DNA of 64,000 nucleotides from Collinsella sp. (GTDB lineage Bacteria; Actinomycetota; Coriobacteriia; Coriobacteriales; Coriobacteriaceae): positions 31,194 to 95,193 of the forward strand of contig DBFBGO010000036.1 of NCBI GenBank assembly GCA_048201895.1, read 5' to 3'. The notes beneath the pieces were generated by a model. That model saw nothing but the letters and a program-made list of their open reading frames with translations, was not told the DNA's origin and did no database searches. The position numbers and the translations under genes are program-made. This document shows, piece by piece, positions 29,613-39,456 of the stretch. The first letter of the stretch is position 1; every line of letters starts with the position of its first letter.

Positions 29613-31760
29613 TTACTTGCCCTGCACCATGGTGAGCGAGATCTTCTTGCGGTCGCGATCGACCTTTTCGACCCACACCTTGACCGTGTCACCGACGCGC
29701 ACGACGTCGCTGGGGTGCTTGACAAAGCGGTTGGCCAGCTTAGAGATATGTACGAGGCCGTCCTGGTGCACTCCCACGTCGACGAAGGCGCCAAAGTCCA
29801 CAACGTTGCGCACCGTGCCCTTGAGTTCCATGCCGGGTTCCAGGTCGTCGATGGAAAGCGCCGAGCGGCTAAAGACCACCTCGGGCGCGTCGTCGCGCGG
29901 GTCGCGGCCGGGCTTCTTGAGCTCGTTGACAATGTCGATGAGCGTCAGGGTACCGCAGTCCAGGTCGCTTGCCAGTGCCGAGATGCTGCCCAGGCGGCGC
30001 TCGATGTCGGGTACGCCGCCGCGGCTGAGCTCGCTTGCTTTAACACCGGCGCGTTCCAAGACGGACATGGCTACCTCGTAGCTTTCGGGGTGGACGCTCG
30101 TCGCGTCGAGTGGGTTCTTGCCGCCGCTAATGCGCAAAAAGCCCGCGGCGTTGAGATATGCCTTGGGTCCCAGCTTGGGGACCTTCTTAAGCTGGCGGCG
30201 ATCGGTAAAGGCGCCGTTTTCCTCGCGGTAGGCCACGATGTTTTTGGCCACGCTCGGCGTGATGCCCGATACGTATCCCAGCAGACTTGCGCTCGCGGTG
30301 TTTACGTCGACGCCTACGCGGTTGACGACGTCCTCCACCACGTGGCCCAGAGTGCGCGAGAGCTCGGCCTGGTCAAGGTCGTGCTGGTACTGGCCCACGC
30401 CGATAGACTGGGGCGGAATCTTGACGAGCTCTGCCAGCGGGTCTTGCAGGCGGCGGCCCAGGCTCATGGCGCCACGCACGGTGACGTCCAGGTCGGGATA
30501 TTCCTGGCTGGCGAGCTCGGAAGCCGAGTACACCGATGCGCCGGCCTCGTTGACGATGGTGTATCGCAGCTCAGGCGCCTGCTCGGCGATGAACTCCGAG
30601 ACGACTTCCTCGGTCTCGCGGCTGGCGGTGCCGTTGCCGATGACGATGGTGTTGACGCTGTCCTTTTTGACGAGGCGGGCGAGCTCGCGCTTGGTGCCGG
30701 CGACGTCGTGGCGCGGCTTGGTGGGATAGACCACGCCGTGGTCGAGTAGCTTGCCGGTCTCGTCCATGACGGCGACCTTGCAGCCAGTGCGGTAGCCCGG
30801 ATCGAGCGCGAGCACGCGGGCGCCGCGCACGGGGCGTGCCGAGAGCAGGCCCTCGAGATTCTTGGCAAAGACGTTGACGGCCTCGGTCTGGGCGCGAACG
30901 GTGAGCTTGGCGCGGGCCTCGCGCTCCAGCGAGGGGGCCATGAGGCGCTTGTAACCGTCAGCGATGGCGGCATCGAAGATGGGAGCAAACACGCCCTGGC
31001 GTCGGGGCCAACGGCTGCCGAGGCGTGCCGTGGCGGCAGCGCCATCGACGTTCACGCGCACGCGGAGCTTGCCCTCGCGCTCACCGCGGTCGATAGCCAG
31101 CACGCGGTGGTTGGGTATACGGCGCAGCGGCTCATCATAGCTGTAGTAGGGCTCGTAGGGAGTCTTTTCGGCGGGGTCGGTGGCCTCGACGATGATGTCG
31201 GCGGTGTTTTGCGTAAAGGCGCGCAGGTCGGCGACGTTCTCGGGGTCTTCGGCTACCGTCTCGGCCACGATGTCGGCGGCGCCTGCAAGCGCCTTCTCGG
31301 GCGTGTCGAAGCCGGCGTCCTCGTTGACGTAGGCCGCGGCGGCATCGAGCGCACTGCCTTTGGCAGATGCCTGCATGATGATCATGTTGGCGAGCGGCTC
31401 CAGGCCGGCTTCGCGGGCCTTCTGTGCGCGGGTCATGCGCTTTTTGCGGTAGGGCTTGTAGAGGTCCTCGACACGCTGGAGCTGTGTGGCCTCGCGAATC
31501 TGCTGCTCGAGCTCGGGCGTGAGCTTGCCCTGGGCGTCGATGAGCAGGATGACATCCTCTTTGCGCTGTTCAAGATTGCGCAGGTAGGACAGGCGCTCGT
31601 CGAGTGCGCGCAGGGCGACGTCGTCCATTCCGCCTGTGGCTTCCTTGCGGTAGCGCGAGATAAAGGGGATGGTGTTGCCCTCGTCGATGAGCTTGACGGC
31701 TGCCTCGATGTTGGCGGCCTTAAGGTTGAGCTCGTGGGCAAGCTGGGCGATAAGATCCAT
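29613..31760 (-). CDS. tex: Tex family RNA-binding transcription accessory protein
   Basis: TIPFISRYRKEATG, LDPGYRTGCK, GNGTASRET, IGVGQYQHD, HhH, C-terminal S1 domain; AAGGAG RBS. Confidence 0.95.
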   Translation of the reverse strand: MDLIAQLAHELNLKAANIEAAVKLIDEGNTIPFISRYRKEATGGMDDVALRALDERLSYLRNLEQRKEDVILLIDAQGKLTPELEQQIREATQLQRVEDLYKPYRKKRMTRAQKAREAGLEPLANMIIMQASAKGSALDAAAAYVNEDAGFDTPEKALAGAADIVAETVAEDPENVADLRAFTQNTADIIVEATDPAEKTPYEPYYSYDEPLRRIPNHRVLAIDRGEREGKLRVRVNVDGAAATARLGSRWPRRQGVFAPIFDAAIADGYKRLMAPSLEREARAKLTVRAQTEAVNVFAKNLEGLLSARPVRGARVLALDPGYRTGCKVAVMDETGKLLDHGVVYPTKPRHDVAGTKRELARLVKKDSVNTIVIGNGTASRETEEVVSEFIAEQAPELRYTIVNEAGASVYSASELASQEYPDLDVTVRGAMSLGRRLQDPLAELVKIPPQSIGVGQYQHDLDQAELSRTLGHVVEDVVNRVGVDVNTASASLLGYVSGITPSVAKNIVAYREENGAFTDRRQLKKVPKLGPKAYLNAAGFLRISGGKNPLDATSVHPESYEVAMSVLERAGVKASELSRGGVPDIERRLGSISALASDLDCGTLTLIDIVNELKKPGRDPRDDAPEVVFSRSALSIDDLEPGMELKGTVRNVVDFGAFVDVGVHQDGLVHISKLANRFVKHPSDVVRVGDTVKVWVEKVDRDRKKISLTMVQGK

Positions 31761-31855
31761 GGGACTCCTTGCGTTTAAGGTGCGTTTGCAGCACAGGGCT
31801 ACCAAGGATACCACCCGTCTCAAAAGACTGTTTTGGAGCCGCGCCACGAAAACGA

Positions 31856-31989
31856 CCTATCTACTACGTTTGAACCGTATGGGTCGACCGTGCCTGGTTT
31901 TGCCGAAAATCGGCAAGCCGTCTACCTGCGGTTTTTATTTCGCGAAATTTGGCATGGTTGAGGGCGATCGGTTAAACGTAGTAGATAGG
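31856..31989. mobile_element. MITE-like element, family A copy 2
   Basis: 16-bp perfect IR cctatctactacgttt/aaacgtagtagatagg with outer gccacgaaa/tttcgtggc. Confidence 0.7.
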
Positions 31990-32070
31990 CGCATTTCGTG
32001 GCGAACGAATCAAGCCGAGGTGCAAAATAGCCCCCGTCCTAGAAAAATCATCTGGTAGAGTTGGCCCCGC

Positions 32071-33219
32071 ATGATTTACAAGACGCTATGCGCCACCTAC
32101 TCTTTTGCCATTTGGGGGATTGAACTTGTGAATACTTCTGTCGCCAAGAAGGCCAGCCAGGCGGTGCGCCTGCTCATGATGGTGCTCACGGCAGTTCACA
32201 TCTTCTTCTTCATCAACGTTATGCTGCTCGTCTCCGATATCCAGGGCACGGCGCGCGTGGTCAACTACGCCGGTCTGGTGCGCGGTACAACGCAGCGAAT
32301 CGTTAAGCTCGAGGATGCGGGCCAGCCTCAAGATGACCTGCTCAAAGCCGTGGATTCATACATCAACGGTTTGCGTTACGGAAGTGACGACCTCAACCTC
32401 GTCCGTCTCGACGACGACGAGTATCAGGCAAAGATGACCGAGCTTGCAAATTATTTTGATGAGCTTTGCACCGAGATCACTCGCGTGCGCGAAGTCGGCT
32501 GCGAGAACACTGACATCATCTCCATGAGCGAGGAGTTCTTTGGCATTTGCGACGATGCTACGCGACTCGCAGAGGACTACTCTCAGGAGAAGGCGTCGGC
32601 GCTCAACTATCTCGAGGGTCTGGTGATCATCGACATCGTGGGCTTGGTGGCGACCTTTGCGGTCGAACTTGTTCGCGCGGTGCGAACTGCCGCGCTCAAT
32701 CGCGAGCTGCAGAGCAAAGTCTATCTCGACGAAGCCACGGGACTGCCCAACAAGAACAAGTGCGAGGAGATCTTGGGACAGGAGCGGCCTGTCTCCGCGG
32801 AGGCGCCCGTTGCGGTGTGCGTCTTCGACCTTAACAATCTGCATACGGTCAATAACAGCTTCGGCCACGAGAAGGGCGACGAATACATCCGTTCTTTTGC
32901 CCAGCAGCTGGGGTGCGTGGCGTCCGAGACCTGCTTTGTGGGCCGCGACGGCGGCGATGAGTTTATCGCGGTGCTGCGGGATACCGATCGAGCTGCCGTG
33001 GAGTCCTGTCTCGCTCGGATTCGCGCGAACGTGAACGAGTATTCCGAGGCTCACCCCGACATGCCTATCAGCTATGCGGTGGGCTACGCACTTTCCAGTG
33101 ATTTTGATGAATCGCCTACGATGCGCGAGCTCTTTTCCCAGGCCGACAAAAACATGCACATCGACAAGAATCGCGTAAAGACAGCCGAGGCAGCCGGGCC
33201 GCAACACGAGGAGCGGTAA
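32071..33219 (+). CDS. Membrane-bound diguanylate cyclase (GGDEF) with NarX/PilJ-like sensor domain; start uncertain
   Basis: Two TMs around VNYAGLVRGTTQR; DEATGLPN, FDLNNL, GHEKGD, intact GGDEF. Confidence 0.85.
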   Translation: MIYKTLCATYSFAIWGIELVNTSVAKKASQAVRLLMMVLTAVHIFFFINVMLLVSDIQGTARVVNYAGLVRGTTQRIVKLEDAGQPQDDLLKAVDSYINGLRYGSDDLNLVRLDDDEYQAKMTELANYFDELCTEITRVREVGCENTDIISMSEEFFGICDDATRLAEDYSQEKASALNYLEGLVIIDIVGLVATFAVELVRAVRTAALNRELQSKVYLDEATGLPNKNKCEEILGQERPVSAEAPVAVCVFDLNNLHTVNNSFGHEKGDEYIRSFAQQLGCVASETCFVGRDGGDEFIAVLRDTDRAAVESCLARIRANVNEYSEAHPDMPISYAVGYALSSDFDESPTMRELFSQADKNMHIDKNRVKTAEAAGPQHEER

Positions 33220-33240
33220 GCCTGTAACAGAGGGTATAGA

Positions 33241-33275
33241 AAAGCCTCCGCAGCTCGTGTGGCTGCGGAGGCTTT
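33241..33275. terminator. Bidirectional terminator
   Basis: aaagcctccgcagc-tcgtgtg-gctgcggaggcttt. Confidence 0.65.
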
Positions 33276-33399
33276 ATTCGTTGCGGCGCATTGTGTTTGG
33301 GTCGTTGAGATGAGTCGATTTGCCCCGAAAGAGGAGGGCATTGACCTTAGGGTCATGCCCGACGAATGAGCGGCAAATCGGCCATCTCGGCGAGCCGAA

Positions 33400-35319
33400 C
33401 TACTCCAGCTCAAACGCTCCGGTATAGAGCTGATAGTAGTATCCGCGCTTGGCGATCAGCTCGTCGTGGTTGCCGCGCTCGATGATGCGGCCGTGGTCCA
33501 GACAGATGATTGCGTCGGAGTTGCGCACGGTGGACAGGCGGTGCGCGATGACAAACGTCGTGCGGCCTTCCATGAGCTTGTCCATGCCGGCTTGCACGAT
33601 GGCCTCGGTGCGGGTATCGATGCTCGACGTGGCCTCGTCCAGGATCATCGCCGGCGGATCGGCGACGGCGGCGCGTGCGATCGAGATCAGCTGGCGCTGG
33701 CCCTGCGACAGCTGGGCGCCGTTGCCGGTGAGCATCGTGTCGTAGCCGTCGGGCAGGCGGGTGATAAAGTCGTCCGCGCCGGCGAGCTTTGCTGCCGCGA
33801 TGCACTCCTCGTCGGTGGCATCCAGATTGCCGTAGCGGATGTTATCCATCACGGTGCCGGTGAACAGGTTTACGTCCTGCAGCACCACGCCCAGCGAGCG
33901 GCGCAGATCGGCCTTGCGGATCTTGTTGACGTTGATGCCGTCGTAGCGGATCTTGCCGTCGGCGATGTCATAGAAGCGGTTGATGAGGTTGGTGATGGTC
34001 GTCTTGCCCGCACCGGTGGCGCCGACAAACGCGACCTTCTGGCCCGGCTTGGCAAACACGGACACGCCGTGCAGAACCTCGTGGTCGGGCGTGTAGCCAA
34101 AGTCGACGTTGTCCATGACCAGGTCGCCGCGCAGCGGCACGTACTCGATCTCGCCGGTTGCGCGGTGCGGATGTTTCCACGCCCACATGCCGGTGTGGTG
34201 GTCGGCCTCCTCGAGCTGCCAGGTGTCGGGGTTCACCTGAGCGTTGACGAGCGTCACATAGCCTTCGTCGGCTTCGGGCTCCTCGTCGATGAGCTCAAAG
34301 ATACGGTCGGCGCCGGCGAGGCCCATGACCACGGCGTTGATCTGCTGCGAGATCTGGCCGATCTGTCCGCAGAACTGCTTGGTCATGTTGAGGAACGGCA
34401 CCACGACGGCGATGGACAGTGCCATGCCCGAGATGCTCAGGTTGGGCACGCCCAGCGCCAGGAAAATGCCGCCTGCCAGTGCGACCAGCACGTAGAGCAG
34501 GTTTCCCAGGTTCATAAGGATGGGCATGAGGATGTTGGCGTACATGTTGGCCTTCTGCGAGACCTCGAAGAGCTTTTCGTTGCGCTCGTCAAAATCGGCC
34601 TCGGCGGCAGACTCGTGGCAGAATGCCTTGACGACCTTCTGGCCGTTCATGACTTCCTCGATATGGCCCTCGACAACGCCGAGCTCGGTCTGCTGCGCAA
34701 TAAAGAAGCGCGCGGAGTTGGAGCCGAGCAGCTTGGTCATAAAGGTCATAAAGGCGACGCCTGCCACAATGACCAGGCACATCCAAACGCTGTAGTACAG
34801 CATGATAAAGAACACCGTGACGATGACGATGGTCGTCATGAGCAGGTTGGGCAGCGACTGGCTGATCATCTGGCGCAGCGTGTCGATGTCGTTGGTGTAG
34901 TGGCTCATGATGTCGCCGCGCTGGTGCGTGTCGAAGTAGCGAATCGGCAGGTCCTGCATGCGGTTGAACATCTTCTCGCGCAGCTTCTCGAGCGAGCCCT
35001 GCGTGACGATGGCCATGGCGCGGTTCCAGAACAATGAGGACAGGATGCCGACGCCGTAGATGCTGGCAAGGGTGGTCACGAGCTGTGTGATCTTGGGCTG
35101 TGCGGCTTCCCAATCGCCCGACTGCCACGATTCGCTAATAATCTGCAGGGCGCTCTGAAGGAAGGTCGCGCCGATGGAGTTGATGATGGCGCAGAGCACC
35201 ACGCCGACGACGACGAGGGGCAAAAGCACGGGGTAGAAGCCAAAGAGCGTCTTGATGAGGCGCGACATGGTGCCGCCCTTGCGGTTGAGCGCGCGCTCGG
35301 CGGTCGTCGCCTTACTCAT
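33400..35319 (-). CDS. ABC exporter TMD-NBD subunit (consensus site)
   Basis: GATGAGKT, LSQGQRQ, ILDEATS, AHRLST. Confidence 0.92.
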   Translation of the reverse strand: MSKATTAERALNRKGGTMSRLIKTLFGFYPVLLPLVVVGVVLCAIINSIGATFLQSALQIISESWQSGDWEAAQPKITQLVTTLASIYGVGILSSLFWNRAMAIVTQGSLEKLREKMFNRMQDLPIRYFDTHQRGDIMSHYTNDIDTLRQMISQSLPNLLMTTIVIVTVFFIMLYYSVWMCLVIVAGVAFMTFMTKLLGSNSARFFIAQQTELGVVEGHIEEVMNGQKVVKAFCHESAAEADFDERNEKLFEVSQKANMYANILMPILMNLGNLLYVLVALAGGIFLALGVPNLSISGMALSIAVVVPFLNMTKQFCGQIGQISQQINAVVMGLAGADRIFELIDEEPEADEGYVTLVNAQVNPDTWQLEEADHHTGMWAWKHPHRATGEIEYVPLRGDLVMDNVDFGYTPDHEVLHGVSVFAKPGQKVAFVGATGAGKTTITNLINRFYDIADGKIRYDGINVNKIRKADLRRSLGVVLQDVNLFTGTVMDNIRYGNLDATDEECIAAAKLAGADDFITRLPDGYDTMLTGNGAQLSQGQRQLISIARAAVADPPAMILDEATSSIDTRTEAIVQAGMDKLMEGRTTFVIAHRLSTVRNSDAIICLDHGRIIERGNHDELIAKRGYYYQLYTGAFELE

Positions 35320-37126
35320 GTGCCTCGCCTCCTTCCTGGGTCTGAGCTTGCGTTGCGGATGCCTCGGTGTCGGCCTCGCCGGCCCCTTCGCCCTCGGCAG
35401 ACATCTTGTTTTGCGAGGTGAAGGTCTCGCGGTAGATCTCGCTTGTCTTGAGCAGCTCGTCATGGTTGCCGATCTGCGCGATACGGCCGCCCTCCATGAC
35501 GATGATGCGGTCTGCGTCCTGCACGGAGCTAATGCGCTGGGCGATGATGAGCTTGGTCGTGTTGGGCAGGTAGCTTGCCAGCCCTGCGCGGATCTTGGCG
35601 TCGGTCTTGGTGTCGACGGCGCTGGTGGAGTCGTCCAGGATCAAGATCTTGGGGCGACGCAGCAGGGCACGCGCAATGCACAGGCGCTGCTTCTGACCGC
35701 CCGAGACATTGGAGCCGCCCTGTTCAATCCAGGTGTCATAACCCTTGGGGAAGCCGTCGACAAACTCGTCGGCGCAGGCCAGATGCGCGGCCTCGCGGAC
35801 CTCTTCGTCGGTGGCGTTCGGGTCGCCCCAACGCAGGTTCTCGGCAATCGTGCCGCTAAACAGCACGTTTTTCTGCAGCACCATGGCCACCTGGTGGCGC
35901 AGGGCGTCCAAGTCGTAGTCGCGCACATCCACGCCACCCACGCGCACGGTGCCTTCGGTGGTGTCGTACAGGCGGGCAATGAGGTTTACGAGCGTGGACT
36001 TGGCCGAGCCGGTGCCGCCGATGATGCCGATGGTCTCGCCGCTCTTAATGTGCAGGTCGATATCGTCGAGCGCCTGGCGCTTCGCATGCGCGGAATACTT
36101 AAAGCTCACGTGGTCAAAGTCGATGGAGCCATCGGCGACCTCGAGCACGGGCTCGGCGGGATCGGCGATCGTGGGCTCGGCGGCCAGCACCTCGGTGATG
36201 CGGTGCGCCGATTCGTCGGCCATGGTCACCATGACAAAGATCATCGACAGCTGCATCAGACTCATGAGGATCTGGAAGCCATAGGTAAAGATCGAGGAGA
36301 GCTGGCCCACGTCGAACAGCGTACCCTGGCTCGTGATAATGAGCTTGGAGCCCAGGTAGATGATGACGACAAACGCGCCGTTGACGCAGATGTTCATCAT
36401 GGGGTTGTTAAAGGCGAGCAGCTTCTCGGCGCGGGTGAAGTCCATCTGGACGTCGCGCGCGGCGGTCGCGAACTTCTCCTTCTCAAAGTCTTCGCGCACG
36501 TAGCTCTTAACCACGCGCATGCCGGTGACGTTTTCCTCGACGGACTCGTTAAGGGCGTCGTACTTGTGGAACACGCGCGAGAAGATGGGGCGCACCTTAA
36601 AGATGATAAAGAACAGTCCAAAGCCCAACAGCGGAATGATGACCAGGTAGACCATGGCAACGCTGCCGCCCATGATAAATGCCATGGTAAAGGCGAAGAT
36701 CAATACCAGCGGCGCGCGCACGGCGATGCGGATGATCATCATAAAGGCCTGCTGCACGTTGTTGATATCGGTGGTCAGACGCGTGACGAGCGAGGAGCTC
36801 GAGAAATCATCGATGTTGGCAAAGCTGAACGTCTGGATCTTGTAGAACAGATCGTGACGCAGGTTCTTGGCGAAGCCGCAGCTCGCATGGCTGCAGGTGA
36901 CGCCGGCAGCGGCGCCAAAAGCAAGCGACGTCAGCGCGATGAGCACCAAAAAGCCCGCGGTGGGAAGCATCTCGGCTACGGTGGCGCCATCTTTGATGGC
37001 GTCGATCAGGTTGGCGGTGATAAATGGAATCAGCATCTCGCAGAGCACCTCGCCAAGCACGAGCAATGGCGTGGCAACAGTGACTTTCATATAGTCGCGG
37101 ATGCTGCCCATGAGGGTTTTAATCAT
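35312..37126 (-). CDS. ABC exporter TMD-NBD subunit (degenerate site)
   Basis: GGTGSAKS, VSGGQKQR, ILDDS, AQR; overlaps both neighbours. Confidence 0.92.
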   Translation of the reverse strand: MIKTLMGSIRDYMKVTVATPLLVLGEVLCEMLIPFITANLIDAIKDGATVAEMLPTAGFLVLIALTSLAFGAAAGVTCSHASCGFAKNLRHDLFYKIQTFSFANIDDFSSSSLVTRLTTDINNVQQAFMMIIRIAVRAPLVLIFAFTMAFIMGGSVAMVYLVIIPLLGFGLFFIIFKVRPIFSRVFHKYDALNESVEENVTGMRVVKSYVREDFEKEKFATAARDVQMDFTRAEKLLAFNNPMMNICVNGAFVVIIYLGSKLIITSQGTLFDVGQLSSIFTYGFQILMSLMQLSMIFVMVTMADESAHRITEVLAAEPTIADPAEPVLEVADGSIDFDHVSFKYSAHAKRQALDDIDLHIKSGETIGIIGGTGSAKSTLVNLIARLYDTTEGTVRVGGVDVRDYDLDALRHQVAMVLQKNVLFSGTIAENLRWGDPNATDEEVREAAHLACADEFVDGFPKGYDTWIEQGGSNVSGGQKQRLCIARALLRRPKILILDDSTSAVDTKTDAKIRAGLASYLPNTTKLIIAQRISSVQDADRIIVMEGGRIAQIGNHDELLKTSEIYRETFTSQNKMSAEGEGAGEADTEASATQAQTQEGGEAHE

Positions 37127-37625
37127 CCAGTTCCTCCCAGGTTACACGGATTTTCTCGAGCATTTCGGCGAGCTGCTCGCGCTCGTCGTGGGTGAGGGCA
37201 CCAAAGGCCTGCTCTCTAAAGCGAATGCGGGCTGCCTGGTCGATGCGGGCGTTTTCCCGGCCGGTTTCGGTCAGGCGAATGGTGAGCTGCCGTCGATCCT
37301 TGGGGTTACGGCTGCGCTCGATGAGGCCGTTGACCTCGAGCTTGGACAGGATCTCGGAAAGCGACCCCGGCTTGAGGTCAAAGTGCATGCCGAGTTCCTG
37401 CTGCGACATCTCGCCGCCGGGCTGCTTGGCCAGCAGGCAGATGATGGGCGCCTTGCCGGACACGCCTCCGCCATGAAAATGCATGTAATGGCCGCAAAAA
37501 CCCAGGCCGCTCAGGATGCGCTTGGCGAGTTTGTCTTCGGCGCTGACCGCTTCGGGTATGTCTACCGGTTGCGACGGGTCACCGCCGGGCTCGTGCGAAC
37601 AAAGGTTAAGAGGTTCATCGCACAT
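37119..37625 (-). CDS. MarR family regulator heading the ABC exporter operon
   Basis: MSQQELG...PGSLSEILSKLE.NGLIERSRNPKDRRQLTIRLT winged HTH; AAGGAG RBS. Confidence 0.9.
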   Translation of the reverse strand: MCDEPLNLCSHEPGGDPSQPVDIPEAVSAEDKLAKRILSGLGFCGHYMHFHGGGVSGKAPIICLLAKQPGGEMSQQELGMHFDLKPGSLSEILSKLEVNGLIERSRNPKDRRQLTIRLTETGRENARIDQAARIRFREQAFGALTHDEREQLAEMLEKIRVTWEELDD

Positions 37626-37646
37626 GAATTAGTGTTGCTCCTTTCT

Positions 37647-37682
37647 TTAGTTAGGTAGTGTAATTGTTTTGTGCCTAACCAA
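37647..37682. promoter_or_regulatory. Candidate MarR operator
   Basis: Imperfect IR ttagttaggta...tgcctaaccaa in the AT-rich region upstream of marR. Confidence 0.35.
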
Positions 37683-37726
37683 TTTAGGAGCGTGAGAAAT
37701 CAATGTCAAGGTACCAAACTTATTAA

Positions 37727-37897
37727 GTTACGGCGTTTTGCCAAACGCCGTAACCGCTCGACGCTGCAAACCCGCCAGAGCGGCAATCTGCCTTTCAACT
37801 TCGGCGGCATGACCAGAAGGTCAATGCCGCCTTGTTTCAAGGCACCTTGCTCGCTCTGGCGGGTTTTCGCTGACTTCACCAAAACATCGGCGTTGCC
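37727..37897 (+). repeat. ~172-nt structured intergenic element, copy 1
   Basis: Aligns with 46313-46484 and 61358-61529; stems show compensatory changes. Confidence 0.85.
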
Positions 37898-37918
37898 TTG
37901 ATTCAAACTTGCCAAAAG

Positions 37919-37976
37919 GTAGTCGTTGGGGACGTTCTTGTTTGACTAGTCGTTTAAGAACGTCCCCAACGACTAC
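37919..37976. repeat. 21-bp perfect palindrome (ggggacgttctt family; inverted copy 61615-61666)
   Basis: gtagtcgttggggacgttctt / aagaacgtccccaacgactac. Confidence 0.8.
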
Positions 37977-38125
37977 TTGGGGACGGAGGAAAAGGGATCA
38001 TTTTCCGAAACCTTTCCGCAACAATCTGCTCTTCGCACTGCTCGACTCCGCTCGCAACGTCCCCTGCGCTACACTTAGTTGCACTGTGGCGCCGTTGCGC
38101 CGCGCCCGATCCAAGGGGGACACTC

Positions 38126-38950
38126 ATGAAGAACACTCAGCTGCTGCTGATCAACGATATGTGCGGCTACGGCAAGGTCGCGCTTTCCGCCATGCTGCCG
38201 GTGCTGTCGCACATGGGTTACCGTATCCATAATCTGCCGACGGCACTTGTGTCCGATACGCTCAACTACCCCAAGTTCTACATCCACGACACCACCGAGT
38301 ACGTGCGTCAGAGTCTTGCCATCTGGGAAGAGCTCGGCTTTGAGTTCGACGCCATCTCGACCGGCTTTATCGTGACCGAGGAAGAGACGCGCATCATCTC
38401 GGACTTTTGCCACCGCCGTGCGCAAAAGGGCACCAAGGTGTTCGTCGACCCCATCATGGGCGACAACGGCAAGCTCTATGCGGGCGTGCCCGAGTCCACG
38501 ATTGGCCTTATGCGGCACCTGCTCGAGTGCGCCGACTACGCGGTTCCCAACTACACCGAGGCCTGTTTGCTCACCGGCACGCCTATCGTCGAGCAAATCA
38601 CGCCCGATGAGGCCCGCGCCCTTGTGGACGCCGTGCGCGAGCTGGGTGCCAAGTCGGTGGTCATTACGAGCGCCGTAGTCAATGGCACGAGCGCGGTTAT
38701 CGGTTACGACCATGTGGCGGGGGAGTACTTCACGATTCCCTTCGACCTGATCCCGGTCTATTTCCCGGGCACGGGCGACACGTTCTCGGCGGTGCTCGTC
38801 GGCCGCGTTATGGCAGGTTGGAGTCTGCAGCGCGCGACGTCCGATGCCATGCGCGTGGTGGCTGAGCTTATCGAGCGCAATGCCGACCAAGAGGACAAGT
38901 CCGCCGGCCTGCCCATCGAGGCCTGCCTGGACGTGATTGACCATGAGTAA
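38126..38950 (+). CDS. pdxK: Pyridoxal/pyridoxamine kinase (PdxK/ThiD-like)
   Basis: DMCGYGKVAL, FDAISTGF, VDPIMGDNGKLY, PNYTEA, FPGTGDTF. Confidence 0.85.
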   Translation: MKNTQLLLINDMCGYGKVALSAMLPVLSHMGYRIHNLPTALVSDTLNYPKFYIHDTTEYVRQSLAIWEELGFEFDAISTGFIVTEEETRIISDFCHRRAQKGTKVFVDPIMGDNGKLYAGVPESTIGLMRHLLECADYAVPNYTEACLLTGTPIVEQITPDEARALVDAVRELGAKSVVITSAVVNGTSAVIGYDHVAGEYFTIPFDLIPVYFPGTGDTFSAVLVGRVMAGWSLQRATSDAMRVVAELIERNADQEDKSAGLPIEACLDVIDHE

Positions 38951-39272
38951 TGCTGGCGAGGGCGGCGCCAAGCCTGCGGGCGGGCGCTTGCCGCTCGGCG
39001 CGCCGCGTGGCAAGCGCCCGCGTATCCGCGTGAGCTGCGTGGACCAGCTGGGTGCGTGCCGCTGTCACCATGGTCACAAGCCGGGCGACGTCTTCGACTT
39101 TGACCGCGACCGCGGCAAGATGTGTGCCATGGCCTGCCATGTGGGCTTTCCCTATATCGATATCCTGCGCTATGGCGGAACCGTGCCCGGCAACGAGCCT
39201 GGTACGGCACAGTTCTGCTGTCCCGAGGTCGATACGCTGAACGTCTGGCTTGCCGAGATCGTCGACGAGTAG
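38943..39272 (+). CDS. Small Cys/His-rich protein resembling the TIGR04076 family
   Basis: C-x-C-HHGHKPGDVF, MCAMA, LRYGG, CCPE; overlaps pdxK stop. Confidence 0.65.
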   Translation: MSNAGEGGAKPAGGRLPLGAPRGKRPRIRVSCVDQLGACRCHHGHKPGDVFDFDRDRGKMCAMACHVGFPYIDILRYGGTVPGNEPGTAQFCCPEVDTLNVWLAEIVDE

Positions 39273-39456
39273 TCGAGCGCAATGTGACAAAGGGACAGTT
39301 CTTTTGTCACATTCGCCGGTGGTGCCCCTTCTATTATGCTTGTAATCTCAAATCTCTGCATTTCATCCGATTTTAGGTTCTAAAAATTTTGCGTTTCATC
39401 GATAATCAAGCGTATAAAACTTTGCATTTAATTTGATGACACTGAGGTGAGAGCCT

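Noticed and set aside
1..37126. Three heterodimeric ABC exporter pairs as a novel system
   Set aside because: Ordinary degenerate/consensus type IV exporter pairs, common in gut anaerobes and not linked to each other
39350..39433. Regularly spaced repeats as a mini-CRISPR
   Set aside because: Repeats are degenerate, the period is only 33 bp and no cas genes are present
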